Shown here piece after piece: positions 42,928 through 53,140 of a stretch of DNA of 64,000 bases. This DNA is from Acholeplasmataceae bacterium (GTDB lineage: Bacteria > Bacillota_I > Bacilli_A > Acholeplasmatales > Acholeplasmataceae): positions 1,216,001-1,280,000 of the forward strand of contig OY775910.1 in the NCBI GenBank assembly GCA_963675245.1, read 5' to 3'. The first letter of the stretch is position 1; every line of letters starts with the position of its first letter. The notes beneath the pieces are model-generated. The model was not told the DNA's origin and searched no databases. It saw only the letters and a list, made by a program, of their open reading frames with translations. A program made the position numbers and the translations under genes.

Positions 42928-43093
42928 AATATATAGCATTATACACTAATATATAGCTTAAGTATGTAATTTAGTAAAAGTAACAGCTAAAAAAGAAAGT
43001 AACAACAAAACTTGACTTATTGATTAGTTCTGCTAAGATTTAATTAAAGCATATCTAGCAGCAATATAATTATAGTCAAGTTAGGAATAACAT

Positions 43094-44428
43094 ATGAAAA
43101 AACAATCATTAATCATGAAAATTGGGGGTATTTTCAAGCAGTATCGAGGATTATCTAAATCCGCTTACGTTTTATTTTTTGCCCGTTTAGTAACAAGCAT
43201 GGGCGCGTTTATTTTTCCAATGCTTACCTTGATACTCACAGTTAAAATTGGGTATACGATGCTTTATGCTGGAAGTCTGATGGCAATTGTCTCAATATTA
43301 ATGTTATTTGCTAATTTGATTGGTGGTAAATTAGCTGACAAGTTTAATCAAAAAAAAATGATCATCATTCTAGATATCATAAGTGTGATTTTTTTCTTTG
43401 CATGTGCCATTGTACAACCACAAGAAATCATGATTTATTTTCTAGTCATATCAGGTTTCTTCGCGACTATGGAAGGTCCTGCATTTGAAGCACTTATCGC
43501 AGAAGCGACACTACCTGCAGAAAGAGAAAAAGTATTTTCTCTTGCCTATGTTGGATTTAATTTAGGATTTGCTTTTGGTGCTGCAATTGCTGGTTTATTA
43601 TTTACAAATTATCTTAGCTTAGCCTTCATTCTTGATGGCGTGACAACCTTGTCTTCAACGTTATTGATTATTTTCTTTGTCAAAGTATATAAACACGAAG
43701 ATATCAAAGAAGAAGATAAAAATGAATATGAAGATCATTTAGACGAAAAAAAATCTATTTTCACCATATTGAAAGAAAGAAAGTCAATTGTTTATTTTAT
43801 CATGATTACCATTTTTGGTGCGTTCATTTATCAACAATGGACGTTTACTTTACCTGCTTATGTTATCCATGTGTTTGGAGAAGAGTTGGGGGCAACTTAT
43901 TATGGATTTATAGCGAGTGCTAATGGTATTGCTGTGATTGTATTAACACCAATGATGACATATCTTTTAAGAAAAAAATACGAATTACAGAAAATGATGA
44001 TTGGTGCATTGATGATGGGGTTAAGTTTCCTCATTATATTTAGAGTGAATTTTTTGTTCTTATTTTTTATATTTATATTTGCATTTACTTTGGCTGAAGT
44101 GATTAATACGATTGGATCTGGACCATACATGAGTAGAAGAGTGCCAGGTTCGCATAGAGGTAGATTGTCTTCAATATCTTATTTAGGTTATTTCGTTGGT
44201 GCAAATATAAGTACTGTTATTTGCGGTTTAATCATTGATCGATTGGGATATGATTATGTACTTGGACTTCTAGCATTGTTAGGTGTTATTGAATCTATTT
44301 TGATTTTTTCAAATCATAAATTAGACAAGAAAATTTTCCCCAAATTGTATATAACTCCTCCAAGTATGATGAAAACCAGTATTATGAAAGAAAAAGAAAT
44401 CGAACTAAACAACGACACACAATTCTAA
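43094..44428 (+). CDS. MFS transporter
   Basis: ~12 TMs; GGKLADKFNQK motif A. Confidence 0.85.
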   Translation: MKKQSLIMKIGGIFKQYRGLSKSAYVLFFARLVTSMGAFIFPMLTLILTVKIGYTMLYAGSLMAIVSILMLFANLIGGKLADKFNQKKMIIILDIISVIFFFACAIVQPQEIMIYFLVISGFFATMEGPAFEALIAEATLPAEREKVFSLAYVGFNLGFAFGAAIAGLLFTNYLSLAFILDGVTTLSSTLLIIFFVKVYKHEDIKEEDKNEYEDHLDEKKSIFTILKERKSIVYFIMITIFGAFIYQQWTFTLPAYVIHVFGEELGATYYGFIASANGIAVIVLTPMMTYLLRKKYELQKMMIGALMMGLSFLIIFRVNFLFLFFIFIFAFTLAEVINTIGSGPYMSRRVPGSHRGRLSSISYLGYFVGANISTVICGLIIDRLGYDYVLGLLALLGVIESILIFSNHKLDKKIFPKLYITPPSMMKTSIMKEKEIELNNDTQF

Positions 44429-44555
44429 AATAAAAATATACTAAATAGCAGGGGATAAAAAATAACTTGATCTTTCAATGGTAAGCAAATATATTCTCAT
44501 GATATATGTATTTGACTATAATGAAAATAAGTTAGATATTGGAAGGAGTTTGTAT

Positions 44556-44924
44556 ATGTTAGGTGCTTTTTCAATAAGTTTAAATGTCAAAGATATTCAT
44601 AAGTCATTTGAGTTTTATAAAATTTTAGGTTTTGAAAAATATGCAGGTGATATTAATCAAAAATGGTTAATCATGAAACAAGGGGATACTATTATAGGTT
44701 TATTTCAAGATATGATTCAAAAAAATATGCTAACTTTCAATCCCGGTTGGGACCAAAATGCCAGTAAACTTGATACGTTTGTGGATGCAAGAATATTAAA
44801 ACAAACATTTAAAGATGCCGGCATTGTGATTCAACAAGCGGTTGAAAAAGCGGTACAAGGACCCACACATTTTATGATAGAAGATCCTGATGGTAATCCA
44901 ATATTTATTGATCAACATGTTTAA
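44556..44924 (+). CDS. VOC/glyoxalase family protein
   Basis: LNVKDIHKSFEFYKILGF...EDPDGNPIFIDQHV; start ATG 44556 after AAGGAG. Confidence 0.85.
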   Translation: MLGAFSISLNVKDIHKSFEFYKILGFEKYAGDINQKWLIMKQGDTIIGLFQDMIQKNMLTFNPGWDQNASKLDTFVDARILKQTFKDAGIVIQQAVEKAVQGPTHFMIEDPDGNPIFIDQHV

Positions 44925-45155
44925 GTTTTAAAAAGTCTTTTTGCGAAAAGACTTTTTTTGGTATAATCATATTCAAAAAAAAATTCAGTACAAGTCAAAC
45001 GTATTGAAGCATATCTTCTATGTGTATTAATTAATAATTTTAATATACGAACATAGATCGATTAGATTCATCATTGATATTGTGATACAATGAATAATAA
45101 AGTTATCGATCAGATAATTGATAACAAACATCACTTATTTAAAGAGGACAATCAA

Positions 45156-46106
45156 ATGAAAAAGAACTTAGGAACAATAATAACTGTCATCGTAACACTT
45201 TCTTTATCCGTATTAGGATTCATTTTAGGAGGGTTTCAACTTAGCAACCTTCAATTAGACACATTGACGATACTTATTATAGTTTGTGTCATTAGCATAG
45301 CATATTGTTTTATCGCAGGTGAAATGACAGGAAACAATTCACAAATGGATAAGTTATGGTCGATTTTACCTATCGCTTATGCTTGGATTATCGTTGCAAA
45401 AAGTGGTATGAATCCACGTTTAATCGTTATGGCAATCCTGATTACTATATGGGGTGTTAGATTAACACTTAACTTTGCGAAAAAAGGTGCATACTCAATA
45501 AAGTTTTGGTCAGGTGAAGAAGACTATAGATGGGTTGTTTTAAGAAATGATCCCAATTTAAATAAGAGATGGAAATGGGCACTCTTCAATTTATTTTTTA
45601 TCTCTATCTATCAAAATGCATTAGTGCTCGCGATTACGTTACCATTACTTGCAACAATGGAATCGACAGTCGCATTTAGCTTGTTAGATGGTTTAATTGC
45701 TGGCCTTCTATTAGGATTTATTGTGTTAGAGACAATTGCTGATCAGCAACAAATGGCATATCAAACTAGAAAATATGAATTATTAGAAGAAGGAAAGAAG
45801 TTAGAAGATCTACCAAGTCCATATAATAAAGGATTTAATACAAAAGGATTGTGGAGTCGTTCAAGACATCCGAATTATTTTTCTGAACAATCAATTTGGT
45901 TTGTTTTATATCTCTTTTGTCTAAGTGCAGGTGTAGCATCTTATATCTTGTTTAACTGGACACTAATTGGTTCTATGTTTTTAATTTTATTATTCATAGG
46001 TAGTTCTAATTTTTCAGAAGGTATTTCACTTCAGAAGTATCCAACCTATCATGACTATGTGAACAACGTTTCTAAATATGTGCCACTTAAAAAATACGAC
46101 AATTAA
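45156..46106 (+). CDS. DUF1295 (steroid 5-alpha-reductase-like) membrane protein
   Basis: DKLWS, WGVRL, EDYRW, ETIADQQ, GLWSRSRHPNYF. Confidence 0.8.
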   Translation: MKKNLGTIITVIVTLSLSVLGFILGGFQLSNLQLDTLTILIIVCVISIAYCFIAGEMTGNNSQMDKLWSILPIAYAWIIVAKSGMNPRLIVMAILITIWGVRLTLNFAKKGAYSIKFWSGEEDYRWVVLRNDPNLNKRWKWALFNLFFISIYQNALVLAITLPLLATMESTVAFSLLDGLIAGLLLGFIVLETIADQQQMAYQTRKYELLEEGKKLEDLPSPYNKGFNTKGLWSRSRHPNYFSEQSIWFVLYLFCLSAGVASYILFNWTLIGSMFLILLFIGSSNFSEGISLQKYPTYHDYVNNVSKYVPLKKYDN

Positions 46107-46660
46107 AAGAGCAATTTAAGTATTTACCAATAAATCAAAACATGACAAGTGTAATCAATGAAGAAATGAAATCAACTCATTTGGATAGAAAAATAAGTGC
46201 AATCGCTAAAAAGAATCATTTGTGCATTCAAAAACATGTTGATTACAATGATATTGATAAAATATATTTCACAAGATCTAACAAAGGAAATCCTGATAAT
46301 GAGATTCATTGTCAACAAGGTGTGAATTATTGTGAATCCTCAGAAAAAATAAAGGAATATTGATGTTAGTCAATATTCCTTTTACGCATTTAAATATCTT
46401 CTTTTGAAGTTATGATGTCTTTATCGCGTGAAGCATTCATGAGAAATAATTTTTTTGATAGTAAAGGTATTTAAGGCAAATATAGTATATCTCAAGATAT
46501 GAAAGAAGACTGTTTAGTATACCTTTTCTATTTAAAGCGTTAGTGTTATTGATCTTTTTCATATAAAATGATTATACTCAGCATAGATATATTTAAATTG
46601 TTTAAACAAATAATTTGAATCGAACAAAATAAATAATTAAAAATAAGGAAGGAAGAAATA

Positions 46661-47512
46661 ATGAAAATAGCAATCTTAACAGATTCAGCTTCTAATTTAG
46701 GTCCTGAATTTGTAAATAAACATGATAATTTATTTCAAGTACCATTGATTATCAATATTGATGGTAAAAGCTATAAAGATCAAGTAGAAGTCACTGCTGA
46801 ACAGGTTTATAATGACCTTGATGAGCACGAGGTAACTACTAGTTTACCGAATTCAAAAGATTTGGTTACGACGCTAGAAAAAATAAAATCAGAGGGATTC
46901 ACACATGTTTTTTGTATAAATATTTCTTCTGGATTGAGTGGTACGTTTAATGCTTTTCGTTTGGAATTTACACAGTTTGAGGGATTAAGCATCACCCATT
47001 ATGATTCCAAGACACTTGGAATGGGACTGGGATTTTTAGTAGAGTATGCGTTAGAGTTAGTTAAGGAGAATAAATCGATCAAGGATATAATTAAGCTTTT
47101 AGACCATATGAGATATGAAGATAGTATTGCATTTTATACAATTAATACATTGAAATATCTTCGCAAGGGTGGTCGTATCGGTAAAGTTGAAGGAACGATT
47201 GGAGAAATTCTTCATATTAAACCTGTGATTACTGTGAATGAAGATGGTGTTTACGTCACGATGTCAAAAGCGTTTGGTATGAAACGTGCACTGATTTTGA
47301 TGAGAAATATTCTTGTTGAGAAATTTGGAACTGATTTAATTGATCTCGTGGTGCATTATGGAAGTGACCCAGTTCAAGCACAACAGCTTGGAGAGAAATT
47401 GAAGGGATTTTTAAATATTAGAAATGTTTCCACATCTCAATTGACGCCTGTTTTAGGTGTTCACACTGGTCCTGATATGTTTGCATATGTTGCAAGAAGA
47501 ATATACGATTAA
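46661..47512 (+). CDS. DegV/FakB family fatty-acid-binding protein
   Basis: ILTDS, TTSLP, ISSGLSGT, LRKGGRIG, HTGP. Confidence 0.9.
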   Translation: MKIAILTDSASNLGPEFVNKHDNLFQVPLIINIDGKSYKDQVEVTAEQVYNDLDEHEVTTSLPNSKDLVTTLEKIKSEGFTHVFCINISSGLSGTFNAFRLEFTQFEGLSITHYDSKTLGMGLGFLVEYALELVKENKSIKDIIKLLDHMRYEDSIAFYTINTLKYLRKGGRIGKVEGTIGEILHIKPVITVNEDGVYVTMSKAFGMKRALILMRNILVEKFGTDLIDLVVHYGSDPVQAQQLGEKLKGFLNIRNVSTSQLTPVLGVHTGPDMFAYVARRIYD

Positions 47513-47814
47513 TTTTAATGCTATAAAAAGATTAATTAACATCAATTGAACTCTGAAAATCATATAGTCATTGTTTCGCTTGAAAGAAAACCGTCATTCA
47601 TGGCGGTTTTCTTTTGCTTAACTAAATTATCACTAACGAATTAATCGATACAGTTTGAATAATGTGATATTGGACATGGCAGCAAAAAAATGGTCAAAAA
47701 GTATAATCGATAAAGCGATAGAAATGATTGCATGAGTTAGTTTAATGAGCAATGTGACTTCGATCTTTTGATTGTACCAATAATTAATAAAAAACCCTTC
47801 GATTGAAGGGTTTA

Positions 47815-48708
47815 TTATTTGATCCAAGGTTTAGGTGTTCGATTGACATGATAGATACCCCAATGCTTTTCAGGCTCACTAGGATCAGTACCACCTTTCC
47901 AGGGTTCATCAAAGGCTTCAAAAACGAACATCGTAACGTGATGTTGAATTGACCAATCATTAAGTGCATCTAAATAGAGTTTTTGATTGGCTTCATTTGT
48001 TTGTTCCGGATCCATTTGATTACCGGCACTAGTTGTCCAACCAAATTCAGTAAAAATAACAGATTTAGAAGGATATGTTTTTATCGTATCTTCATATTCT
48101 TTAATCGTCATTGGAATCGCATCTTTTAAAGGAATTTTATGCCAAAGTGGATACACATGAATTGAAATGAAATCAACCACATCAGCTAATGCTTGGCAAT
48201 GGTTTCGCCACTCCCAAGCTCCTTCACAAAATGTAACAAGTGCATTCGTTTTTGATTTCACGTAAAGCACATGATCTCTAAGCGTTAATGGATCCATTTT
48301 ATTGGGATGCCATGAAGCGGTATTTTCATTACCAACAGATAAAGCTAAAACGATATCTTGATATTCATTAGCAAGATCAATGAGTTGGTCTAGTTGTTGG
48401 TAGTTATATCGTTTATGTTTTTGAATAGCCTCATCACTATGTAGACCACCCCATGGACAATCAGGATTTGATATTTCACCTAACGGTTCAACACCTATCA
48501 TCACCTTTAGAGGTATATGATGAGCTCTTATGACACGTAATACGGTTTGTGCATGTGTATAAGGGTTGTACATTCTTATATATTTAAAATGCTTTGATAT
48601 AATGCGTAAATCCTCTAGAACATCTTCATCTGAAGGATGTATATCTTGATGAGGATCTTGATTTTCACGATAGCCAGAATAACATATCGCCTTTTGAAAT
48701 AAAAACAT
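47815..48708 (-). CDS. Glycoside hydrolase family 17-like protein
   Basis: ICYSGYR, VGNE, TEFGW, FEAFDEPWK, EKHWG. Confidence 0.8.
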   Translation of the reverse strand: MFLFQKAICYSGYRENQDPHQDIHPSDEDVLEDLRIISKHFKYIRMYNPYTHAQTVLRVIRAHHIPLKVMIGVEPLGEISNPDCPWGGLHSDEAIQKHKRYNYQQLDQLIDLANEYQDIVLALSVGNENTASWHPNKMDPLTLRDHVLYVKSKTNALVTFCEGAWEWRNHCQALADVVDFISIHVYPLWHKIPLKDAIPMTIKEYEDTIKTYPSKSVIFTEFGWTTSAGNQMDPEQTNEANQKLYLDALNDWSIQHHVTMFVFEAFDEPWKGGTDPSEPEKHWGIYHVNRTPKPWIK

Positions 48709-48821
48709 GTTTAAAACTCCTTAATGTTTGATGTATTAATTTCATTGTACCATTTCAGAAGCTTAAATTTATATGACAAATGCTTATCTAATTTGATACA
48801 ATTAAAACAATAGATCATTAT

Positions 48822-48907
48822 GCGGACGTGGTGGAACGGTAGACACGCATGCTTCAGGCGCATGTGGCAGAAATGTTGTGAGAGTTCAAATCTCTTCGTC
48901 CGCACCA
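48822..48907 (+). tRNA. tRNA-Leu(CAG)
   Basis: Cloverleaf with long variable arm; CATGC-TTCAGGC-GCATG; encoded CCA; terminator follows. Confidence 0.93.
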
Positions 48908-49055
48908 ACATACAAAGGCTTTTAGCCTTTTTTTACTATCTGTTGGCATTTTTGCCTTTCAAAGTGATAGAATAAAAGTAGAACCAAACGATAAATAAAA
49001 TGAATGATTTTTTTATTAACAAAAATCAACGTTTTGACACATAAAGGAGACATAT

Positions 49056-50003
49056 ATGGAATCAAGCAAAGTCGTAATTATCGGTACAGGCGCAGTGGGT
49101 ATGAGCTATGCTTATGCCATGGTCAACCAAGGCACAGTAGAAAGCATCGTTTTAATTGATATTGATGCAAGAAAAGCAGAAGGCGAAGCGATGGATTTAA
49201 ATCATGGTTTAGCTTTTGGTCCAAGAAAGATGTCCATAAAAGCGGGTACGTATGAAGATTGTAAAGATGCTGGTTTAGTTGTCATTACAGCTGGTGTTAA
49301 TCAAAAAGAAGGCGAAACAAGAATCGATTTATTAAATCGAAATGCTAAAATCATTAAATCAGTTGTTCGTTCAGTTATGGATGCTGGATTTAAAGGCATC
49401 ATTATGATGGCAACAAACCCAGTAGATATCCTAACCTATGTTGCATGGAAAGAATCTGGTTTACCATCAAGCAGAGTGTTTGGTAGTGGTACATCATTAG
49501 ATACAGCCAGATTAAGATACGAAATCGCATCAAAAATTGATATTTCAGTATCAAATATTCACGCCTATATTTTAGGTGAACATGGTGATTCAGAATTTGT
49601 CTGTTGGTCAAATGCCTATGTTGGTGCGAAACCAATCAAAGATGTGATTGAAACAATGAATCCACAAATCACATTTGATGATATGGATAAAATTTATGAA
49701 AACGTCAAAGGCGCAGCTTATGAAATCATTAAACGTAAACGTGCAACATTTTATGGTATTGGCATGACGCTTGCTAAATTAACACAAGCGATCTTTGATA
49801 ATGAAAATCGTATTTTACCAATATCTGTGTTAAATCAAGGTGTATATCCATGTGAATCAGATGTCTATATTGGTTTACCGGCAGTTTTAAATCGTGATGG
49901 CGTTCATCACATTGTAAAACTAAATATGTCTGAAGATGAAGTGAAAAAATTAAAACATTCAGCAAATATTTTAAGAGATAGCTTAAATAAAATGGCGTTT
50001 TAA
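49056..50003 (+). CDS. ldh: L-lactate dehydrogenase
   Basis: IGTGAVG, GETRIDL, NPVDIL, GSGTSLDTAR, GEHGDS. Confidence 0.93.
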   Translation: MESSKVVIIGTGAVGMSYAYAMVNQGTVESIVLIDIDARKAEGEAMDLNHGLAFGPRKMSIKAGTYEDCKDAGLVVITAGVNQKEGETRIDLLNRNAKIIKSVVRSVMDAGFKGIIMMATNPVDILTYVAWKESGLPSSRVFGSGTSLDTARLRYEIASKIDISVSNIHAYILGEHGDSEFVCWSNAYVGAKPIKDVIETMNPQITFDDMDKIYENVKGAAYEIIKRKRATFYGIGMTLAKLTQAIFDNENRILPISVLNQGVYPCESDVYIGLPAVLNRDGVHHIVKLNMSEDEVKKLKHSANILRDSLNKMAF

Positions 50004-50018
50004 GAAAGAAGTGACATT

Positions 50019-51044
50019 TTGTCTAAACAAACGATACTAAAAAAAGGTCCTCTATTGGATGAGAATGGTGATTTAGTTGAAAGTGGTTATCATACATCCC
50101 TTATTAAGGATTATCAAAGAAGTGCTTTAAAAACACCGCGTTATCGCTTAAAAGAATGGGATTATTACTATGTTGGTAATGATCGATATGGTATCGCAAC
50201 GACGTTAGCAGATAACGGTTATATGTGGCTCGCATCAGTAACGTTCTTTGATTTCGCGAATAAAGGTGAAGTGACAAAATCAAAAATGGGTTGGTTTAGA
50301 ACCCCTTTTATAATGTCGGAATCATCTGTTAATGGTGATGTAAAGTTTAAGAAAAAAGATTTCAGAATTAGTTATCAAGTGGCTAATCAAAAAAGGATTA
50401 TTAAGGTCAATATTCCAAGGTTTGCTAATACGGATACCTTATCAGCAACCATAGAATTAACACCACAAATTAATAATTCAATGGTGATTGTTACACCGTT
50501 TATAAAGCCTAAACATTTTTATTACAATCAGAAAATTAATTTGTTAAAAGCAAGCGGTCAAATTGTTTTTGGACCAAACTCTTATGATCTTAATGATAAC
50601 TGTTATGGTGTTCTCGACTGGGGTCGTGGTGTATGGGAATATAAAAACACATGGTATTGGTCATCATTAAGTGGCAAACAAGATGACCATTTTATAGGGT
50701 TTAATTTAGGGTATGGATTTGGGGTTACAGATAAAGCAACTGAGAACATGATCTTTTACGATCAAGAGGTTGTTAAACTTCATGATGTCGTTTTTGATAT
50801 ACCTAAAAAAGATAAAGAGGATGATTACTTAAAGACATGGCGGATATATGATAAAAAGGATCGTATTGCGTTAGAATTTACCCCTATTATTGATCGTCAT
50901 TCAAAGACAAGTGCTCTTGTTATATCATCCAATCAACATCAGGTGTTCGGTTTCTTTAAGGGCTATTTCAGGCTAGAAAACGGCAATAAAGTGAATATCA
51001 AAAATATGATTGGTTTTGCTGAAAAAGTATCAAATCGTTGGTAA
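50019..51044 (+). CDS. DUF2804-like protein
   Basis: KEWDYY, LDWGRGVW.Y...WYW, HQVFG patterns; TTG start. Confidence 0.65.
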   Translation: MSKQTILKKGPLLDENGDLVESGYHTSLIKDYQRSALKTPRYRLKEWDYYYVGNDRYGIATTLADNGYMWLASVTFFDFANKGEVTKSKMGWFRTPFIMSESSVNGDVKFKKKDFRISYQVANQKRIIKVNIPRFANTDTLSATIELTPQINNSMVIVTPFIKPKHFYYNQKINLLKASGQIVFGPNSYDLNDNCYGVLDWGRGVWEYKNTWYWSSLSGKQDDHFIGFNLGYGFGVTDKATENMIFYDQEVVKLHDVVFDIPKKDKEDDYLKTWRIYDKKDRIALEFTPIIDRHSKTSALVISSNQHQVFGFFKGYFRLENGNKVNIKNMIGFAEKVSNRW

Positions 51045-51111
51045 ACTAACATATTCATTTAATCAGGTTAGGTCGTTGTGATATAATAATGACAACACTT
51101 GAGGTGATTGT

Positions 51112-51642
51112 ATGAAACTATCAACGGGTATGCAAGTCCCCATCCATAGCTATAAACATAATCGGATGCTTCATAGAATATGGAAAAAGACTGTTGTTCT
51201 CTATGAGGATAACCATGTATTGGTTACAGGACATCAAAAAACAAAAGTTATCGAACATGATGGTAGAAGTTGGTATACAAAAGAACCAGCCATATGTTAT
51301 TTCTATTCGGATTTTTGGTTTAATGTCATTGGTATGATTAAAAAAGACGGCGTACATTTTTACTGCAATTTGTCATCACCATATTTATATGATGGTGAAG
51401 CTATTAAATATATTGACTATGATCTGGATATCAAAGCATTTCCTAATCATACACATATTGTGCTAGACGAAAAAGAATATAAGATTCATATGAACAAAAT
51501 GGAATATCCGGATGATATCAAAGAAATTATCGAATCCCAATTTGAGATATTATTAAATCGTATTAAAAATCTCGAGTGTCCATTTGATGAATCAAATATT
51601 CATGCATACTATAATCAATACAAACGAATCATTAAAAAATAG
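51112..51642 (+). CDS. DUF402 family nucleoside tri/diphosphate phosphatase (YgaC/Ntdp-like)
   Basis: SYKHN..LHR.W, W.T.EPAI, WFNVI.M, YCNL.SP, YIDYDLD. Confidence 0.82.
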   Translation: MKLSTGMQVPIHSYKHNRMLHRIWKKTVVLYEDNHVLVTGHQKTKVIEHDGRSWYTKEPAICYFYSDFWFNVIGMIKKDGVHFYCNLSSPYLYDGEAIKYIDYDLDIKAFPNHTHIVLDEKEYKIHMNKMEYPDDIKEIIESQFEILLNRIKNLECPFDESNIHAYYNQYKRIIKK

Positions 51643-53105
51643 GTTCTCTGTCAAGGATAGGGGTACCGAATAAGTAAATCAATGAAAAGCGTATTTTTAG
51701 GTGATTCATCTAAATGCGCTTTTTTATTATGCACTTAATGTGTAATCTTTGTTGTAAAGAAAGAGAATTCTAGATCTGAACCTGTTGAAATCAGTAAATC
51801 CATAAGCTGTTCTTTTAATGACTTTAATAAAGTTATTAATACCTTCGACAATGCCATTCGTCATCTTTTTACGTGTTTCAGGATGAAGGTCAAATGATTG
51901 AACGATTTCTTGACGCCAATTGATAATTGTTTTCTTAATATCTCTAAATTCTTTGGTGGTTGCGTGTCTGAGTAGATCAATGAATTGATTGATAAAAGCC
52001 GGTGCCTCTTCATAAGATAATGTTTCTATGCTGGTTTGAAAGAGATCTTTAAGATGAAAAGCTTCTTTTAAATCCGGGTGAAGATTAGCTGCGATATCAT
52101 GTAAGACATAATCATTAACATTTTGCTCTAAAAGATGATGGTAATAGTACTTGTCATTTAAGTCACTTGGTGACTTCATCAGTACTTTCCAATGCTTCTT
52201 TAAAATCTTATAGTTGATAGAATCCTCATCAAATGTTTTCATGATGCGTATTCTCACAGCGTTGAATGACCAATAGATATATCTTAAGAAGTGGAATGTG
52301 TCTGCGATAATGCGCGCATGAGGTAAATAAGCTTTCACGATATTCCGGTACGGTGCCCATAGGTCCATAATGACGTTTTTAACGTTGCTGCGCTCTTCAT
52401 AAGGGATTTGACTGAAATAGTTCTTTAACCAGTCTGTTCGTCTGTTTCTCATCACGTCTATCACTTTCTTGTTGATGGGATCACAGATGACAAAAGCGTA
52501 TTTACCATAGCCTAGGTTACGCTTTTTGAACTCATCAATGCTGATCGTTTCAGATAGTTTTAACCTGCTCGGTTGGATGTGTTTATCGATATGTCTCATC
52601 GCTGTTGGCACAGAGACATTCAAACGTTTCGCGATGGCTGTATAGCTTTGGACATATTCAGCTTCCCTTAAGATGTGATGCTTCGTGACATTGGATATCT
52701 TATTGAAACGCTCAACGAACTGATTAGGTTCTGGGAACCGCTTGTGGCAGTGTTTACAGACATACCGTCTTCGTCTGTATTTTAAATACACATGGTAGCC
52801 ATTGATGACACCATGCTTAATGACTCTATCTCTATAGTCGTGAACTTTAGAAGTGTAACTCCCACAATGTGGACATAATTGATAGCCTTGTGTGAATCTC
52901 AAATGGACATACATATCATTCTCAATGGTCTCAATTTGTCTAATCTTTAAGTGCTCGTCTTCAATTCTTAGTACTTTCTTGATATAATTGTCTTGCATAA
53001 GTAAACTCCTTATCTAAAGTGTGTGGTTACCTTTATTATAAGATTTACTTATGCTTTTTTATATCCCTTTATAAAATCATCCACCCCTAACATAATTATA
53101 GAGCC
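51642..53105 (-). mobile_element. ISL3 family insertion sequence (1464 bp)
   Basis: IRs GGTTCTCTGTCAAGGATAGGGGT / revcomp GGCTCTATAATTATGTTAGGGGT; 8-bp TSD AAAAAATA at 51634-41 and 53106-13. Confidence 0.92.
51727..52998 (-). CDS. ISL3 family transposase
   Basis: CPHCG...C..C zinc finger, IDEF, MDLW.PY, D.FH, TNGIVEGINNFIKVIKR.AYG. Confidence 0.95.
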   Translation of the reverse strand: MQDNYIKKVLRIEDEHLKIRQIETIENDMYVHLRFTQGYQLCPHCGSYTSKVHDYRDRVIKHGVINGYHVYLKYRRRRYVCKHCHKRFPEPNQFVERFNKISNVTKHHILREAEYVQSYTAIAKRLNVSVPTAMRHIDKHIQPSRLKLSETISIDEFKKRNLGYGKYAFVICDPINKKVIDVMRNRRTDWLKNYFSQIPYEERSNVKNVIMDLWAPYRNIVKAYLPHARIIADTFHFLRYIYWSFNAVRIRIMKTFDEDSINYKILKKHWKVLMKSPSDLNDKYYYHHLLEQNVNDYVLHDIAANLHPDLKEAFHLKDLFQTSIETLSYEEAPAFINQFIDLLRHATTKEFRDIKKTIINWRQEIVQSFDLHPETRKKMTNGIVEGINNFIKVIKRTAYGFTDFNRFRSRILFLYNKDYTLSA

Positions 53106-53113
53106 AAAAAATA

Positions 53114-53140
53114 AAAACAAACCATTGCGGTTTGTTTTTT
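53114..53140. terminator. Bidirectional terminator
   Basis: AAAACAAACC-ATTGC-GGTTTGTTTT. Confidence 0.7.

Noticed and set aside
47633..47827. 64-aa hydrophobic minus-strand ORF after GH17
   Set aside because: Crosses the GH17 terminator and has no clear RBS; at best a remnant
38689..48907. Shared TCGTCCGCACCA ends of the two tRNA-Leu genes as attL/attR of a 10-kb island
   Set aside because: Both are full-length tRNAs with different anticodons and their own promoters; paralogy explains the identity
48711..48911. 66-aa minus-strand ORF
   Set aside because: Antisense to tRNA-Leu(CAG)
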